In this document: piece by piece, positions 26,398-36,230 of the stretch
How the letters are laid out: each line of letters begins with the position of its first letter
Position numbering within the stretch: position 1 is the first letter of the stretch
NCBI GenBank assembly: GCA_018401295.1
Contig: JAGYLJ010000002.1
Coordinates: forward strand, 26,727 to 90,726
Length of the DNA: 64,000 bases
DNA from: a bacterium
GTDB taxonomy: Bacteria > Patescibacteriota > Minisyncoccia > Phycocordibacterales > UBA12079
Direction of reading: 5' to 3'
Notes under the pieces: model-generated
What the model saw: only the letters and a program-made list of their open reading frames with translations
What the model was told of the DNA's origin: nothing
Database searches by the model: none
Made by a program: the position numbers and the translations under genes

Positions 26398-28574
26398 ATG
26401 AAAATCTTTCTCAAAAAAACAATTCTCCTAATATCAGTGATATTAATCATTTTAATTAGTAATGTTACCCATGCAGCCTTCACCGAACCCACAACAGCCC
26501 CATCCTCTTCAGATCAAGACTTTCCCCAAAACATCCTAGGAGCTAACAATAACAACAATGACTTTGATTCTACCAATGTCACAGCTAATAACGATGGTAG
26601 TCTCATAGAAAGACTAGAATACATCATTACATCTCTCTCCTCCCTCTGGACAAAAGTAGGTAACTTACTCTATTACAACACAGGTAATGAGGTATAGGTA
26701 CCTCCACACCTTCTGCTCTCCTCGAAGTCTCAGGAGATGGACAATCAGCTCTCAAAGTCACAGATGTCACTAACTCTATTACCACAGGTATCTGGTCAGG
26801 TACTACTCAAGGCTCCATAGGAACTCTAACTAATACAGATCTTCGTTTCTTAACTAATGGAACTTCTAAGATGACTATTGATACAAGTGGGAATGTGGGG
26901 GTGGGGACGACGGGGCCAGAATATCTCATGGATGCTCAAACGGCTTCTGGAAATGCACAATTTAGAATTAAATCAGGGGGCGATTTAGCTCAAATGATAT
27001 TGGTATCAACAGATACCTCCATTTCTGGAACATCAGCAATTAATTTTGCTGATGCTGATGATATAAATATAGGCCAAATTAGTTATTATCATCCTAACGA
27101 TAGTTTAACGTTTAGAGTTAATGATGCTTCAAAAATGATAATAAATAGCAGTGGCAACGTCGGCATCGGGACGACAGGGCCGAGTGCTAAATTGCAAATT
27201 TATGATAACACAGCAGGTTCTAATGTAGATGGTTTATATATTTATAAAGCATCTGATGAGTCAAATTATGCCTTAAAGGTTAAGCATGACACAAGTGTAT
27301 CTAGTCGTGTAGTTGCAGATTTCCAAAATCAACTTGGTTCGGTGTTGTATATTCAAGGCGATGGCAACGTTGGCATTGGTACGACGGCTCCAGGTGCTAA
27401 ATTAGAGGTGAGCGGTGGTCGGTTACGGGTTACCTTGCGTAATTCTGGCACTATTGAACTATTGGACGATGGTACAGCTGCGGCTGGTTCGGTTAATCTT
27501 ATGGGAAGGGATTCCGGAGGCACTGCCACCACCTATGCCTTTATTCAAGGGTTGATTTCAGATACGACCGATACCTCGGAAGACGGCGCATTGGCTTTTT
27601 ACACGACATTAGCAGGTACCTCTGCTGAAAAAGTTAGGATAACAAACAGTGGCAACGTCGGCATCGGCACGACGGGGCCGAATGAATTATTAGAAATAGC
27701 AGGAGAGGCTGGACAAGGTACAACGCCACCAACATTACGAATTAACAATCTACAACATGATTATAGCAATTCTGCAACACTCAATGTTCCGCATGGGTCT
27801 ATCGAATTTTACGCAACAGAAAGTTCTGGAACATATCTTCCTGGAGTTACTACCTCTATTAAATCTATTAATGAAGGTTCGTATGCTACTGTATTTGGTT
27901 TAGGTTTCTTTACATATGATGACAGCGCTGAAAACGGTGAAGAGCGGATGAGAATCACAGGCACCGGCAACGTCGGCATTGGGGTGACGGGTCCAGGGGC
28001 AAAACTTACCGTAGTTAGTACTAGTGGTGAAGTTTTTAGAGCGGATGCAGTTTCGGGAGCCTATAGGATTATTGCAAATCAAAGTTATGTTTTACTTAAC
28101 GGCAACGTTGGCATCGGAATTACCAATCCAGGTTATAAACTAACAGTCGCCGGCACAGCTTGGGTAACCAGTGGAGCATGGAGTGGTTCAGATAGAAGAT
28201 GGAAGAAAGACATTGTTTCTTTAACTAATTCTCTAGATAAAATCAATCAATTACAGGGAGTATCATATAATTGGAGAACAGATGAATTTCCAGAAATGAA
28301 TTTTGGTACTAATACACAATTAGGCTTTATAGCTCAAGATGTAGAACCTATTATCCCAGAAGTCGTTACAACTAACTCTGATGGCTATAAAGGTATATCT
28401 TATGAGAAGTTGGTGCCTGTTTTGGTGGAGGGGATGAAGGAATTGAGGAGAGAAAAAGACACAGATATAGAGGAATTAAATATTAAATTAGGAGAAAAAG
28501 ATGAGGAGGTGAAGGAATTAAAAAATATTGTAGAGGAATTACAAAAAGAAGTAGAATCATTGAAAAACAAATAA
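26398..28574 (+). CDS. Tail-fibre-like surface protein, split by a -1 frameshift at ~26690. It has GNVGIGTTxP repeats and a C-terminal peptidase S74 / intramolecular chaperone-like domain
   Basis: ORF 26398..26697 carries a signal peptide. The frame of ORF 26871..28574 is open back to 26691 (GIGTSTPSALLEVSG...). C-terminal motif SDRRWKKDI...GVSYNW...GFIAQDVE. Confidence 0.75.
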
Positions 28575-28577
28575 ATT

Positions 28578-28608
28578 AAAAAACAACGTCGGAGTAACGT
28601 TGTTTTTT
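28578..28608. terminator. Bidirectional terminator hairpin
   Basis: AAAAAACAACGT-CGGAGTA-ACGTTGTTTTTT between convergent genes. Confidence 0.8.
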
Positions 28609-28615
28609 ATTTCAT

Positions 28616-28963
28616 TTATTTTTTAACTTCAGTTACAATTTTTTCAAATACTTCTGGATTATCGTTAGCTATTTCTGAAAGTACTTTACGGTTTAGAAGG
28701 ATATTTTTTTTATTGAGTAAATCTATAAATTTACTATAGGATAGATCAAATTCTCTAACTTTGGCATTTATCCTAACTGCCCACAATCTTCTAAAAACAC
28801 CTTTCTTTTTTCGACGGTCATTGAAGGCATGCATCGCGGCATGAGTAATAGCGGTGTTAGCTTGTCTTTCTTTAGTAGAAAGTCCATAACGATAACCCTT
28901 GGCCAATTTAAGAATTTTCCTTCGTCTCTTTAATGCAGTTGTCCCTCTTTTAACTCTGGTCAT
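28616..28963 (-). CDS. rplT: 50S ribosomal protein L20
   Basis: MTRVKRGTTALKRRRKILKLAKGYRY... Confidence 0.92.
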   Translation of the reverse strand: MTRVKRGTTALKRRRKILKLAKGYRYGLSTKERQANTAITHAAMHAFNDRRKKKGVFRRLWAVRINAKVREFDLSYSKFIDLLNKKNILLNRKVLSEIANDNPEVFEKIVTEVKK

Positions 28964-28997
28964 TTTATTAGATATTAGTTATTAGTAAATTGGGTTT

Positions 28998-29192
28998 TTA
29001 GTTAATTGATTGTCTTGGTAAGAATCTACGTGTTATTTTTGTTGATAAACTTAAAGCTGCCTTATTTTGCTTTGATCTTCTAACATCTCCTGATTCTTTG
29101 GCATTAAAATGACATTGGCCTGGTATTCTGGCTAGTATCTTACCATTCTTGGTTACCTTTAATCTTTTTGTGTATGATTTATTTGTTTTCAT
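28998..29192 (-). CDS. rpmI: 50S ribosomal protein L35
   Basis: Translation; position between infC and rplT. Confidence 0.88.
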   Translation of the reverse strand: MKTNKSYTKRLKVTKNGKILARIPGQCHFNAKESGDVRRSKQNKAALSLSTKITRRFLPRQSIN

Positions 29193-29712
29193 TTTTTTGT
29201 TTTTGTTGTTTTTCTAAAATTAGAGTTAAACCTTTAGGGCCTTTTTTAGGACCGTCAGCAATTTTATATTCCTCAGAAATGAGCTTAAGAATTCTTTCTA
29301 ATCTCTCTTTCAGAAAGCCGAACTCCATATATTTTGAACGCCCGATTAAAAATAAATCAAGCTTGACTCTATTTCCTTCTTTTAACCATTCAGAAATTCT
29401 TTTTGCTTTTAGGTTTAGATCGTGTTCTCCAGTTCCTATTTTAATCTGAATGACCTTTGTTTCTGTCTTATGAGCTTTTAGTTTAGAAGTATTAGCCTTT
29501 TTTTTCTGTTCGTACTGAAATTTACCATAATCTGTTATTTTCGCAATAGGCGGTTTGCTGGTAGAAGAAATTTCAATTAGGTCAAGGTCAACATCCTCCG
29601 CTTTTTTTATAGCGTCAGTCGTTAACATAACCCCTAAATTTTCACCATCCGGGCCAACAACCCTTACTTCTCGGCTTCTTATTTGATTGTTAATTCTTAC
29701 AAATATACTCAA
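29179..29712 (-). CDS. infC: Translation initiation factor IF-3 (TTG start)
   Basis: INNQIRSREVRVVGPDGENLGV...; overlaps the rpmI start. Confidence 0.9.
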   Translation of the reverse strand: MSIFVRINNQIRSREVRVVGPDGENLGVMLTTDAIKKAEDVDLDLIEISSTSKPPIAKITDYGKFQYEQKKKANTSKLKAHKTETKVIQIKIGTGEHDLNLKAKRISEWLKEGNRVKLDLFLIGRSKYMEFGFLKERLERILKLISEEYKIADGPKKGPKGLTLILEKQQKQKNENK

Positions 29713-29853
29713 ATTAAATTAAATATCGCTCCAATAATTCATTAAATATAACATCTTTATCATCTAAAAGCAATATTTTGTGGCCGTCTTGCTACTTTGT
29801 GGCTTTTATTTCCATAGGGATAAATTTAACATATTTTTTGCTATAATATATAA

Positions 29854-30495
29854 ATGAATAAGAAAATAGAAGAATTAGAGTTAAAAATATTTCCAACTGG
29901 AGGGTTAGGGACCAATGCCTATTTAGTTTTTAGTCAGAAGACTAAGGAGGCGTTTTTGGTGGATTGTCCTAGCCCGATAGGAGAATATAGCGATTTTATT
30001 AAAGATAACCATTTGGATTTAAAGTTTTTGATTATTACACATGGTCACTGTGACCATATTGATGGTTTGGAGGATTTTTTAAAAAAATTTCCGATTCCTT
30101 TTTATATTCAGGAAAATGACTTACCGATGTTAATAAACCCACTTAATAATGGTTCTTTGGCTTTTGGCTCAGTTATTTCTATAAAACAAGAACCGATTTT
30201 TTGTAAGGAAGGGGAAGATATCTTTTTAGGGGAACATAGACTTCAAATAATTGAAACTCCTGGTCATACTCCTGGTTCAATAGCTATTTTGGTTAGTGAT
30301 TGGTTATTTAGTGGGGATACTTTATTTTATCATTCTGTTGGGAGGACTGATTTTCCTTTCTCAAATTCAGAACACTTAATGAAATCGATAAAAAAGAAGA
30401 TATTTAATCTTAATCCTCAAATTGTTGTTTACCCTGGCCATGGCCGCCAGACTATCCTTGGAGAAGAAATAGAAAATAATCCTTTTATTAGATAA
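29854..30495 (+). CDS. MBL-fold metallo-hydrolase (glyoxalase II-like)
   Basis: THGHCDH motif. TATAAT at 29842-29847 puts the predicted transcription start on the ATG, so the mRNA may be leaderless. Confidence 0.8.
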   Translation: MNKKIEELELKIFPTGGLGTNAYLVFSQKTKEAFLVDCPSPIGEYSDFIKDNHLDLKFLIITHGHCDHIDGLEDFLKKFPIPFYIQENDLPMLINPLNNGSLAFGSVISIKQEPIFCKEGEDIFLGEHRLQIIETPGHTPGSIAILVSDWLFSGDTLFYHSVGRTDFPFSNSEHLMKSIKKKIFNLNPQIVVYPGHGRQTILGEEIENNPFIR

Positions 30496-30540
30496 TAGAA
30501 GCATGTTATACTTAGATTATTATAATTATCATTAATTAAA

Positions 30541-30685
30541 TTTACCCTGTTAAGTAAATTTATTTTCCAAAATAAATTTAAGATTTGACAAAAGCGGTAA
30601 ATAAAAAAGAATTAATTAAAAAATATTAGTAGTTATTAAATTTCCTAGTTAGATAATGTAGAGTCAAATCTTATTTAACAGGGTA
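30541..30685. repeat. ~145-bp foldback element related to the one at 19174
   Basis: TTTACCCTGTTAA / TTAACAGGGTAAA (13 bp) and AAGATTTGAC / GTCAAATCTT; the left arm carries an extra hairpin. Confidence 0.75.
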
Positions 30686-30694
30686 AACAATATT

Positions 30695-31456
30695 ATGATT
30701 TCATTTATTTTTTCTAATCCTATTTATATTATCCCGATTGTAATTGTTTTAGCAATTTTTTTGCTTAGACAAATCAATCAATATCAAAGAGGTGTGATGT
30801 TTACATTAGGTAAGTTTACGGGGATAAAAAATCCTGGTTGGAGGTTGGTAATTCCAATTTTTCAATCAATGCGAAAGATTGATATTAGAACTAAAGCTGT
30901 GGACGTACCCGATCAAGAAGTTATTACTAAGGATAATATTCCTGTAAAAATTAATGCAGTTGTTTATTATAAAATCGTTGACTCGTCTAAAGCTGTCTTG
31001 GCGGTAGAAGACTATTATTATGCTACGTCTCAAGTTGCTCAAACTACTATGAGGAACGCAGTGGGCGAAAGAACCTTGGATGAACTTTTACAAAAGAGGG
31101 CTCAAGTGGCTGAACAGATCAAGTTAAGAGTAGATTCTTTGACTGATCCGTGGGGTATTGATGTTGAGTCTGTGGAATTAAAAGATGTAATTATCCCAGA
31201 GGATCTAAAAAGAACTATTTCCAAAGAGGCGGAAGCAGAAAGGGAAAAAAGAGCAGTTATTATTAACGCGGAGGGAGATATGATTGCTGCTGATAATTTA
31301 GCTTTAGCTGCTAGAAAACTGAACGACGTTCCCGGGGCTTTACACTTGAGGACGTTACAAACGATTAACGATTTAAGCTCTGATCAGTCAAATACAACTG
31401 TTTGGATGATCCCAATGGAAATTTTGAAGGCGTTGGAAGGATTTGGAAAGAAATAA
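30695..31456 (+). CDS. SPFH / band-7 (stomatin-like) membrane protein
   Basis: Translation typical of the SPFH domain with an N-terminal TM helix. Confidence 0.85.
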   Translation: MISFIFSNPIYIIPIVIVLAIFLLRQINQYQRGVMFTLGKFTGIKNPGWRLVIPIFQSMRKIDIRTKAVDVPDQEVITKDNIPVKINAVVYYKIVDSSKAVLAVEDYYYATSQVAQTTMRNAVGERTLDELLQKRAQVAEQIKLRVDSLTDPWGIDVESVELKDVIIPEDLKRTISKEAEAEREKRAVIINAEGDMIAADNLALAARKLNDVPGALHLRTLQTINDLSSDQSNTTVWMIPMEILKALEGFGKK

Positions 31457-31480
31457 TAAACAATAAATCTATATTTTTTT

Positions 31481-32335
31481 GTGACTATCTCTCAAAATAA
31501 AATAAAAGGATTATTTTTAGGTTTTTTTCTTTGTCTTACATTATTTATCTGGTCAGTTGTTTTGGGTCAGGAAAGAAATGGTTTGTTAACAGTTGCTTTT
31601 TTAGATGTGGGACAAGGTGATTCTATTTTTATTGAGACACCAGAAGGGAAGCAAATCTTAGTTGATGCTGGGCCTAATAAAAAAGTTCTTAGGGAGCTAA
31701 CCGAACAGATGCCTTTCTATGATAGAAACATTGATGTACTAATTGCTTCTCATCCGGACTCTGATCACATCGGTGGTTTTCCTGCGATCTTTGATGCCTA
31801 TAAGATTGGAAAGTATTTTAATTCAGGAGTGGTTTGTGAGACAGCTTTGTGTTCTGAGTTGAATATTGATATAGAAGAAGAGGGAATCCAAAAAGAAATT
31901 TTAACTCGAGGACAAATTATTGATTTAGGTGACGGGGTTTATTTGGAGGTTTTATTCCCTGATAGGGATGCGACTAATTTTGAAACTAATTTATCTTCAT
32001 TGGTGTTAAAATTAACCTATGGGGATAGTTCATTTTTATTGACAGGGGATTCTCCTCAAGAGATAGAAGAGTATCTAGTCTCTTTAGATTCGTTTAATTT
32101 AGATGTAGACGTGTTAAAATTAGGTCACCATGGTTCGAAAACGTCCTCCTCCAAGCTTCTTGTTGGTTATACGAGTCCTGAGTTTGCTATTATCTCAGTA
32201 GGGAAAGATAACCGTTATGGCCATCCTCATAAAGAGGTTCTTGATATTTTAAATGAGTTTGAGATTGAGGTTTTAAGAACAGATGAAGATGGAACCATTG
32301 TAATAAAAAGTGATGGTAAAAATTTATTTTATTAA
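31481..32335 (+). CDS. Membrane-anchored MBL-fold hydrolase resembling the ComEC/Rec2 C-terminal domain
   Basis: DVGQGDS and HPDSDHIGG motifs; GTG start. Confidence 0.75.
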   Translation: MTISQNKIKGLFLGFFLCLTLFIWSVVLGQERNGLLTVAFLDVGQGDSIFIETPEGKQILVDAGPNKKVLRELTEQMPFYDRNIDVLIASHPDSDHIGGFPAIFDAYKIGKYFNSGVVCETALCSELNIDIEEEGIQKEILTRGQIIDLGDGVYLEVLFPDRDATNFETNLSSLVLKLTYGDSSFLLTGDSPQEIEEYLVSLDSFNLDVDVLKLGHHGSKTSSSKLLVGYTSPEFAIISVGKDNRYGHPHKEVLDILNEFEIEVLRTDEDGTIVIKSDGKNLFY

Positions 32336-32357
32336 TTTTAAATTGAAGAATGTATAA

Positions 32358-32432
32358 ACAAAATTAAGAAACGAACTTTTCTACAGGGAGATAAACATTT
32401 AAACCCTTAGAAAAGTTGTTTCTTAATTTTGT
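32358..32432. terminator. Long hairpin with a 25-bp stem
   Basis: ACAAAATTAAGAAACGAACTTTTCTA / TAGAAAAGTTGTTTCTTAATTTTGT (one indel). Confidence 0.5.
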
Positions 32433-32462
32433 GGGGTGTTAACATTGGGTATTAAGTTAATT

Positions 32463-32885
32463 ATGGACAAAATTCTAGAAAATAAAATTGGAATAAAATC
32501 ACCTGTAATAAGGCAGTTTATTATTTATGGTTTTGTGGCTTTAATACCAACTGTCGTCGATTTTTCTTTGTTTTATATTTTAATTGAGTTTGCTGGTTTT
32601 TATTATATGGCTTCGTTGGTCTTCGCTTTTATGATAGGGATTCTTGTAAGTTATATTTCGCAAAAAAATCTGACTTTTAAAAATAGCAGTAAAAAATATG
32701 CACCTCAATTTTCTATTTTTTGTTTAATTAGTTTAGTTGGTTTATTGATAAGTGCAGTGGTTGTGTTTGGGACTGTAGAGTATTTTGGTTTGTGGTATAT
32801 CTTCGGGAAAGTTATTGCGACGATTGGAACTTATTTTTGGAACTTTTTTGCACATAGATATGTAACATTTAAAAAATTTCAGTGA
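32463..32885 (+). CDS. GtrA family membrane protein
   Basis: Four TM helices; ...FWNFFAHRYVTFK C-terminal motif. Confidence 0.75.
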   Translation: MDKILENKIGIKSPVIRQFIIYGFVALIPTVVDFSLFYILIEFAGFYYMASLVFAFMIGILVSYISQKNLTFKNSSKKYAPQFSIFCLISLVGLLISAVVVFGTVEYFGLWYIFGKVIATIGTYFWNFFAHRYVTFKKFQ

Positions 32886-32925
32886 GATACTGAAATTTTT
32901 AGGTTTTTTTGTAGTTTTTTTTGTG

Positions 32926-33168
32926 TTAGATTAAGTTGGCTTTTTTTAGAGTTTGGTAAGCGCCGTTCTTATTGATAGTTTTTATAGCTTTTGTTGAAAT
33001 ATTTAGTGTCACAGATTCTCCTAGCTCAGGAACATAGATTTTCTTTTTCTGTATGTTAGCGTGCCTTCGGACATTACCTGTTGGATTAAATTTGGTAGCA
33101 CGAACACGGTTACTGTATCGGCCAGCCATTTTAGAACTTTTATTAGTTATTGGGCATATTTTAGACAT
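32926..33168 (-). CDS. rpmB: 50S ribosomal protein L28
   Basis: MSKICPITNKSSKMAGRYSNRVRATKF... Confidence 0.88.
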   Translation of the reverse strand: MSKICPITNKSSKMAGRYSNRVRATKFNPTGNVRRHANIQKKKIYVPELGESVTLNISTKAIKTINKNGAYQTLKKANLI

Positions 33169-33214
33169 ATATTTATTCCTCTTATTACGAGTTTTATGGT
33201 ATCATAAAGAGTGT

Positions 33215-33238
33215 AATTTGCAAAGGGGTTTGCAAATT
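33215..33238. repeat. AATTTGCAAA-GGGG-TTTGCAAATT hairpin (same arms as the one at 17613)
   Basis: Perfect 10-bp stem in the divergent intergenic region. Confidence 0.7.
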
Positions 33239-33252
33239 GAATTTTTAAAATC

Positions 33253-33867
33253 ATGGATATTAATTTTTTATTTACAATTATCATATTAATAATGTCAGTG
33301 GTCATTCATGAGGTTTCTCATGGTTATTCAGCTTACTTGATGGGCGATTCAACTGCGAAAAATGCTGGACGATTAACCTTGAATCCTTTGGCTCATTTGG
33401 ATTTTATGGGATCACTAGTTGTTCCTGTTTTGGCCTATCTAAGTGCTGGTTTTATGTTTGGTTGGGCAAAACCTGTTCCTTATAATCCTTATAACCTAAA
33501 AAATCAAAAACACGGTGATGCTATTGTGGCTTTGGCTGGACCAGCTTCAAATCTATTGGTGGCATTAATTTTTGGATTATTAATTCGTTTTGATGTTTTT
33601 GTGGATGTTGTTAATTTAACAAGTGCAATTCAGATGATAGTCATAATTAATCTGGTTTTGGCCATTTTTAATTTAATTCCTATTCCACCTCTTGATGGTT
33701 CAAAGGTTTTATTTTCATTTTTACCTTATAAATATATGGAATTAAGGCAAAATTTAGAGAGATATTCCTTATTTCTTATGCTATTCGTTATTTTCTTTTT
33801 ATGGAAGTTATTATTTCCTTTATTGGCTTTTCTCTTTGTGGTCATTACGGGGGTTAATTTAATTTAA
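33253..33867 (+). CDS. Site-2 protease family (M50) membrane metalloprotease
   Basis: HEVSHG and NLIPIPPLDGSK motifs. Confidence 0.85.
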   Translation: MDINFLFTIIILIMSVVIHEVSHGYSAYLMGDSTAKNAGRLTLNPLAHLDFMGSLVVPVLAYLSAGFMFGWAKPVPYNPYNLKNQKHGDAIVALAGPASNLLVALIFGLLIRFDVFVDVVNLTSAIQMIVIINLVLAIFNLIPIPPLDGSKVLFSFLPYKYMELRQNLERYSLFLMLFVIFFLWKLLFPLLAFLFVVITGVNLI

Positions 33868-34002
33868 AGAAATATTTTCCCTCACTTTTGGACTAAGGTG
33901 AGGGACCTTGTTATCTAAGCGTTTTTCGTAACGAAAAACACTTAGTTGACTTGCTTTTTGCCTTCAAATATAGTAAATTTAGAGAATTAAGTTAAAAGAA
34001 AT

Positions 34003-34413
34003 ATGTCGACAGTTAACCAATTATTAAAGAAAAAAAGGAAGAAATTAATTAAAAAACCTAAAGCGGTTGCTTTGGGGAGAGGTTTTAATAGTCAACAGAA
34101 TAGGCCGACTTCTTATAATTCTCCTTTTAAAAGGGGTGTTTGTATAAAGGTTACTACGAAGAATCCTAAGAAACCAAACTCAGCTGTTAGGAAGATTGCT
34201 AGAGTTCGATTGACTAATGGTATGGAGGTAACAGCTTATATTCCAGGTATGGGTCATAAATTACAAGAGCACTCAGTTGTCTTATTGAGAGGAGGGAAGG
34301 TAAAGGATATTGGAGTTCGATATACTATTGTTAGAGGTAAATTGGACGCTGAAGGGGTGGAAAAGAGAAAACAGAGCCGAAGTCGTTATGGTACTAAAAG
34401 AGCTAAAAAATAA
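34003..34413 (+). CDS. rpsL: 30S ribosomal protein S12
   Basis: Translation. Confidence 0.93.
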   Translation: MSTVNQLLKKKRKKLIKKPKAVALGRGFNSQQNRPTSYNSPFKRGVCIKVTTKNPKKPNSAVRKIARVRLTNGMEVTAYIPGMGHKLQEHSVVLLRGGKVKDIGVRYTIVRGKLDAEGVEKRKQSRSRYGTKRAKK

Positions 34414-34471
34414 TTTTTGTTAAAAATTATTTTAAATTATAAATTGAAAATTTTAAATTAAAGATGAATGA

Positions 34472-34498
34472 AGAAAAATTTGCAAAGCAAATTTTTCT
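34472..34498. repeat. GAAAAATTTGC-AAA-GCAAATTTTTC hairpin between rpsL and rpsG
   Basis: Member of the AAATTTGC hairpin family. Confidence 0.7.
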
Positions 34499-34537
34499 CC
34501 CAAACAACTGACACCTAAATAACTAATCAAATAAACT

Positions 34538-35008
34538 ATGAGAAGAAAATTAAAAGCAAAAAAAGAATTAGTTCCTGATAGAGTTTATAACTCAGCAAAA
34601 GTTTCGAAGTTTATAAATTATATTATGATTGGTGGTGAAAAGAGTGTTGCTAGAAAGATTGTTTATAAGTCTTTTGACCTAATTAAGGATAAAGAAAAAG
34701 GCAATAACCCTCTTGAGGTGTTTGAAGGAGCTCTTAAAAATGCTGGACCAACTATGGAAGTAAGATCAAGAAGAGTTGGGGGTGCTAATTATCAAATTCC
34801 TAGGGAAGTAGCTTCTGATCGAAGATTGGCTTTAGCTATGAGATGGATAATTGGTGCAGCTCAATCAAAAAAAGGACAAGCTATGTATAAAAGATTGGCT
34901 GACGAATTATTGTTAGCTAATAAAAATGAAGGTGAAGCAGTAAAGAAAAAAGAGAATGTTCACAAAATGGCTGAAGCTAACAAAGCCTTCGCACATTTTA
35001 GCTGGTAA
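34538..35008 (+). CDS. rpsG: 30S ribosomal protein S7
   Basis: Translation. Confidence 0.93.
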   Translation: MRRKLKAKKELVPDRVYNSAKVSKFINYIMIGGEKSVARKIVYKSFDLIKDKEKGNNPLEVFEGALKNAGPTMEVRSRRVGGANYQIPREVASDRRLALAMRWIIGAAQSKKGQAMYKRLADELLLANKNEGEAVKKKENVHKMAEANKAFAHFSW

Positions 35009-35228
35009 ACTAATAAAAGTTTGAGTTGAAAAAATGGCCACAATTTTGTGGTTGTTTTTTAATTGATTTGTCTAAAATTTTTAATTTTGTAATTTTGTAA
35101 TTTTTAAATAAATTCTAATATCTAATTTTTAAAAATTTAAAATTAAAAATTATTTATAAAATTAAGAATTAACAATTTAAAAATTCGGTATACTGGATTC
35201 TAAACATAGAATTCAGTATACTGTTCTT

Positions 35229-36212
35229 ATGTTTGTAGATGAATTAAAAATACATGCTGAAGCTGGAGATGGAGGAAATGGCGTAGTTAGATGGCTACAT
35301 TTAAGAGGAAAGGAATTTTCTGGCCCCTCTGGCGGAAATGGTGGAAATGGCGGGGATGTCTTCGTTAGGGCCATTCGTGATTTAAGTGTTTTACAAAACT
35401 ATCAACATAAAAAGGACTTTGATGCTGAAGATGGTGAGATGGGGATGAAAAATAGTAAGTATGGGAAGAATGGAGAAGACCTTTTTATTGATTTACCTAT
35501 TGGTTCGGTTGTTACAAATCTGTCCACAAAAAAACAGTTTCAGCTTTTAAAAGAGGGGGAAGAGGTTTTGATTTTAAAAGGGGGAAAAGGAGGGCTAGGG
35601 AATGAATCATTTAAAAGCTCTCGTAATACTACTCCTTTGGAATGTACTGCTGGGACTGCTGGAGAAAAAGGTAATTTTTTTATAGAACTAGAAATAATCG
35701 CTGACGCTGGTTTTATTGGTTTCCCTAATATAGGTAAATCTACTTTATTAAATGAGATTACTCACGCAAGAGCTAAAGTTAAGAACTATCCTTTTACAAC
35801 ACTAGAACCAAATTTGGGAGATTTTTATGGGTATATTTTGGCTGACATTCCTGGTTTGATAAAAGGAGCTGCTGAGGGTAAGGGTTTAGGTCATAAATTT
35901 TTGAGACATATAAGAAGGACTAGATTTTTAATTCATTGTATATCTTTGGAATCTGAGAATTCTCCTAAAGAAATGTTGGAGAAATATGAAATTATTCGAG
36001 ATGAGTTAAGACAATACCATGAAGAGTTAATTATTAAACCAGAAATAATTGTTTTAACAAAATCTGATTTAATTGAGGAAAAAGAAATAAAAAAAATAAT
36101 TACAGCTTTAAAAGAGAAAAATAAAGAGATAGTTGTTACTTCAGCTTATGATGATGGTACTCTCAAAGTTTTTTCTGAATTTTTATCTAAGAAATTAGAA
36201 ACAACTGTTTAA
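35229..36212 (+). CDS. obg: GTPase Obg
   Basis: Gly-rich Obg fold GDGGNGVV...GGNGGNGGDV; G motifs GFPNIGKST and DIPG. Confidence 0.9.
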   Translation: MFVDELKIHAEAGDGGNGVVRWLHLRGKEFSGPSGGNGGNGGDVFVRAIRDLSVLQNYQHKKDFDAEDGEMGMKNSKYGKNGEDLFIDLPIGSVVTNLSTKKQFQLLKEGEEVLILKGGKGGLGNESFKSSRNTTPLECTAGTAGEKGNFFIELEIIADAGFIGFPNIGKSTLLNEITHARAKVKNYPFTTLEPNLGDFYGYILADIPGLIKGAAEGKGLGHKFLRHIRRTRFLIHCISLESENSPKEMLEKYEIIRDELRQYHEELIIKPEIIVLTKSDLIEEKEIKKIITALKEKNKEIVVTSAYDDGTLKVFSEFLSKKLETTV

Positions 36213-36230
36213 TTTTGGTATAATCTAACT

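Noticed and set aside
26398-28574. Prophage, suggested by the tail-fibre / S74 chaperone-like protein
   Set aside because: The flanking genes are secA and rplT-rpmI-infC. There is no capsid, terminase, portal or integrase gene nearby, so I treat it as a host surface fibre gene.
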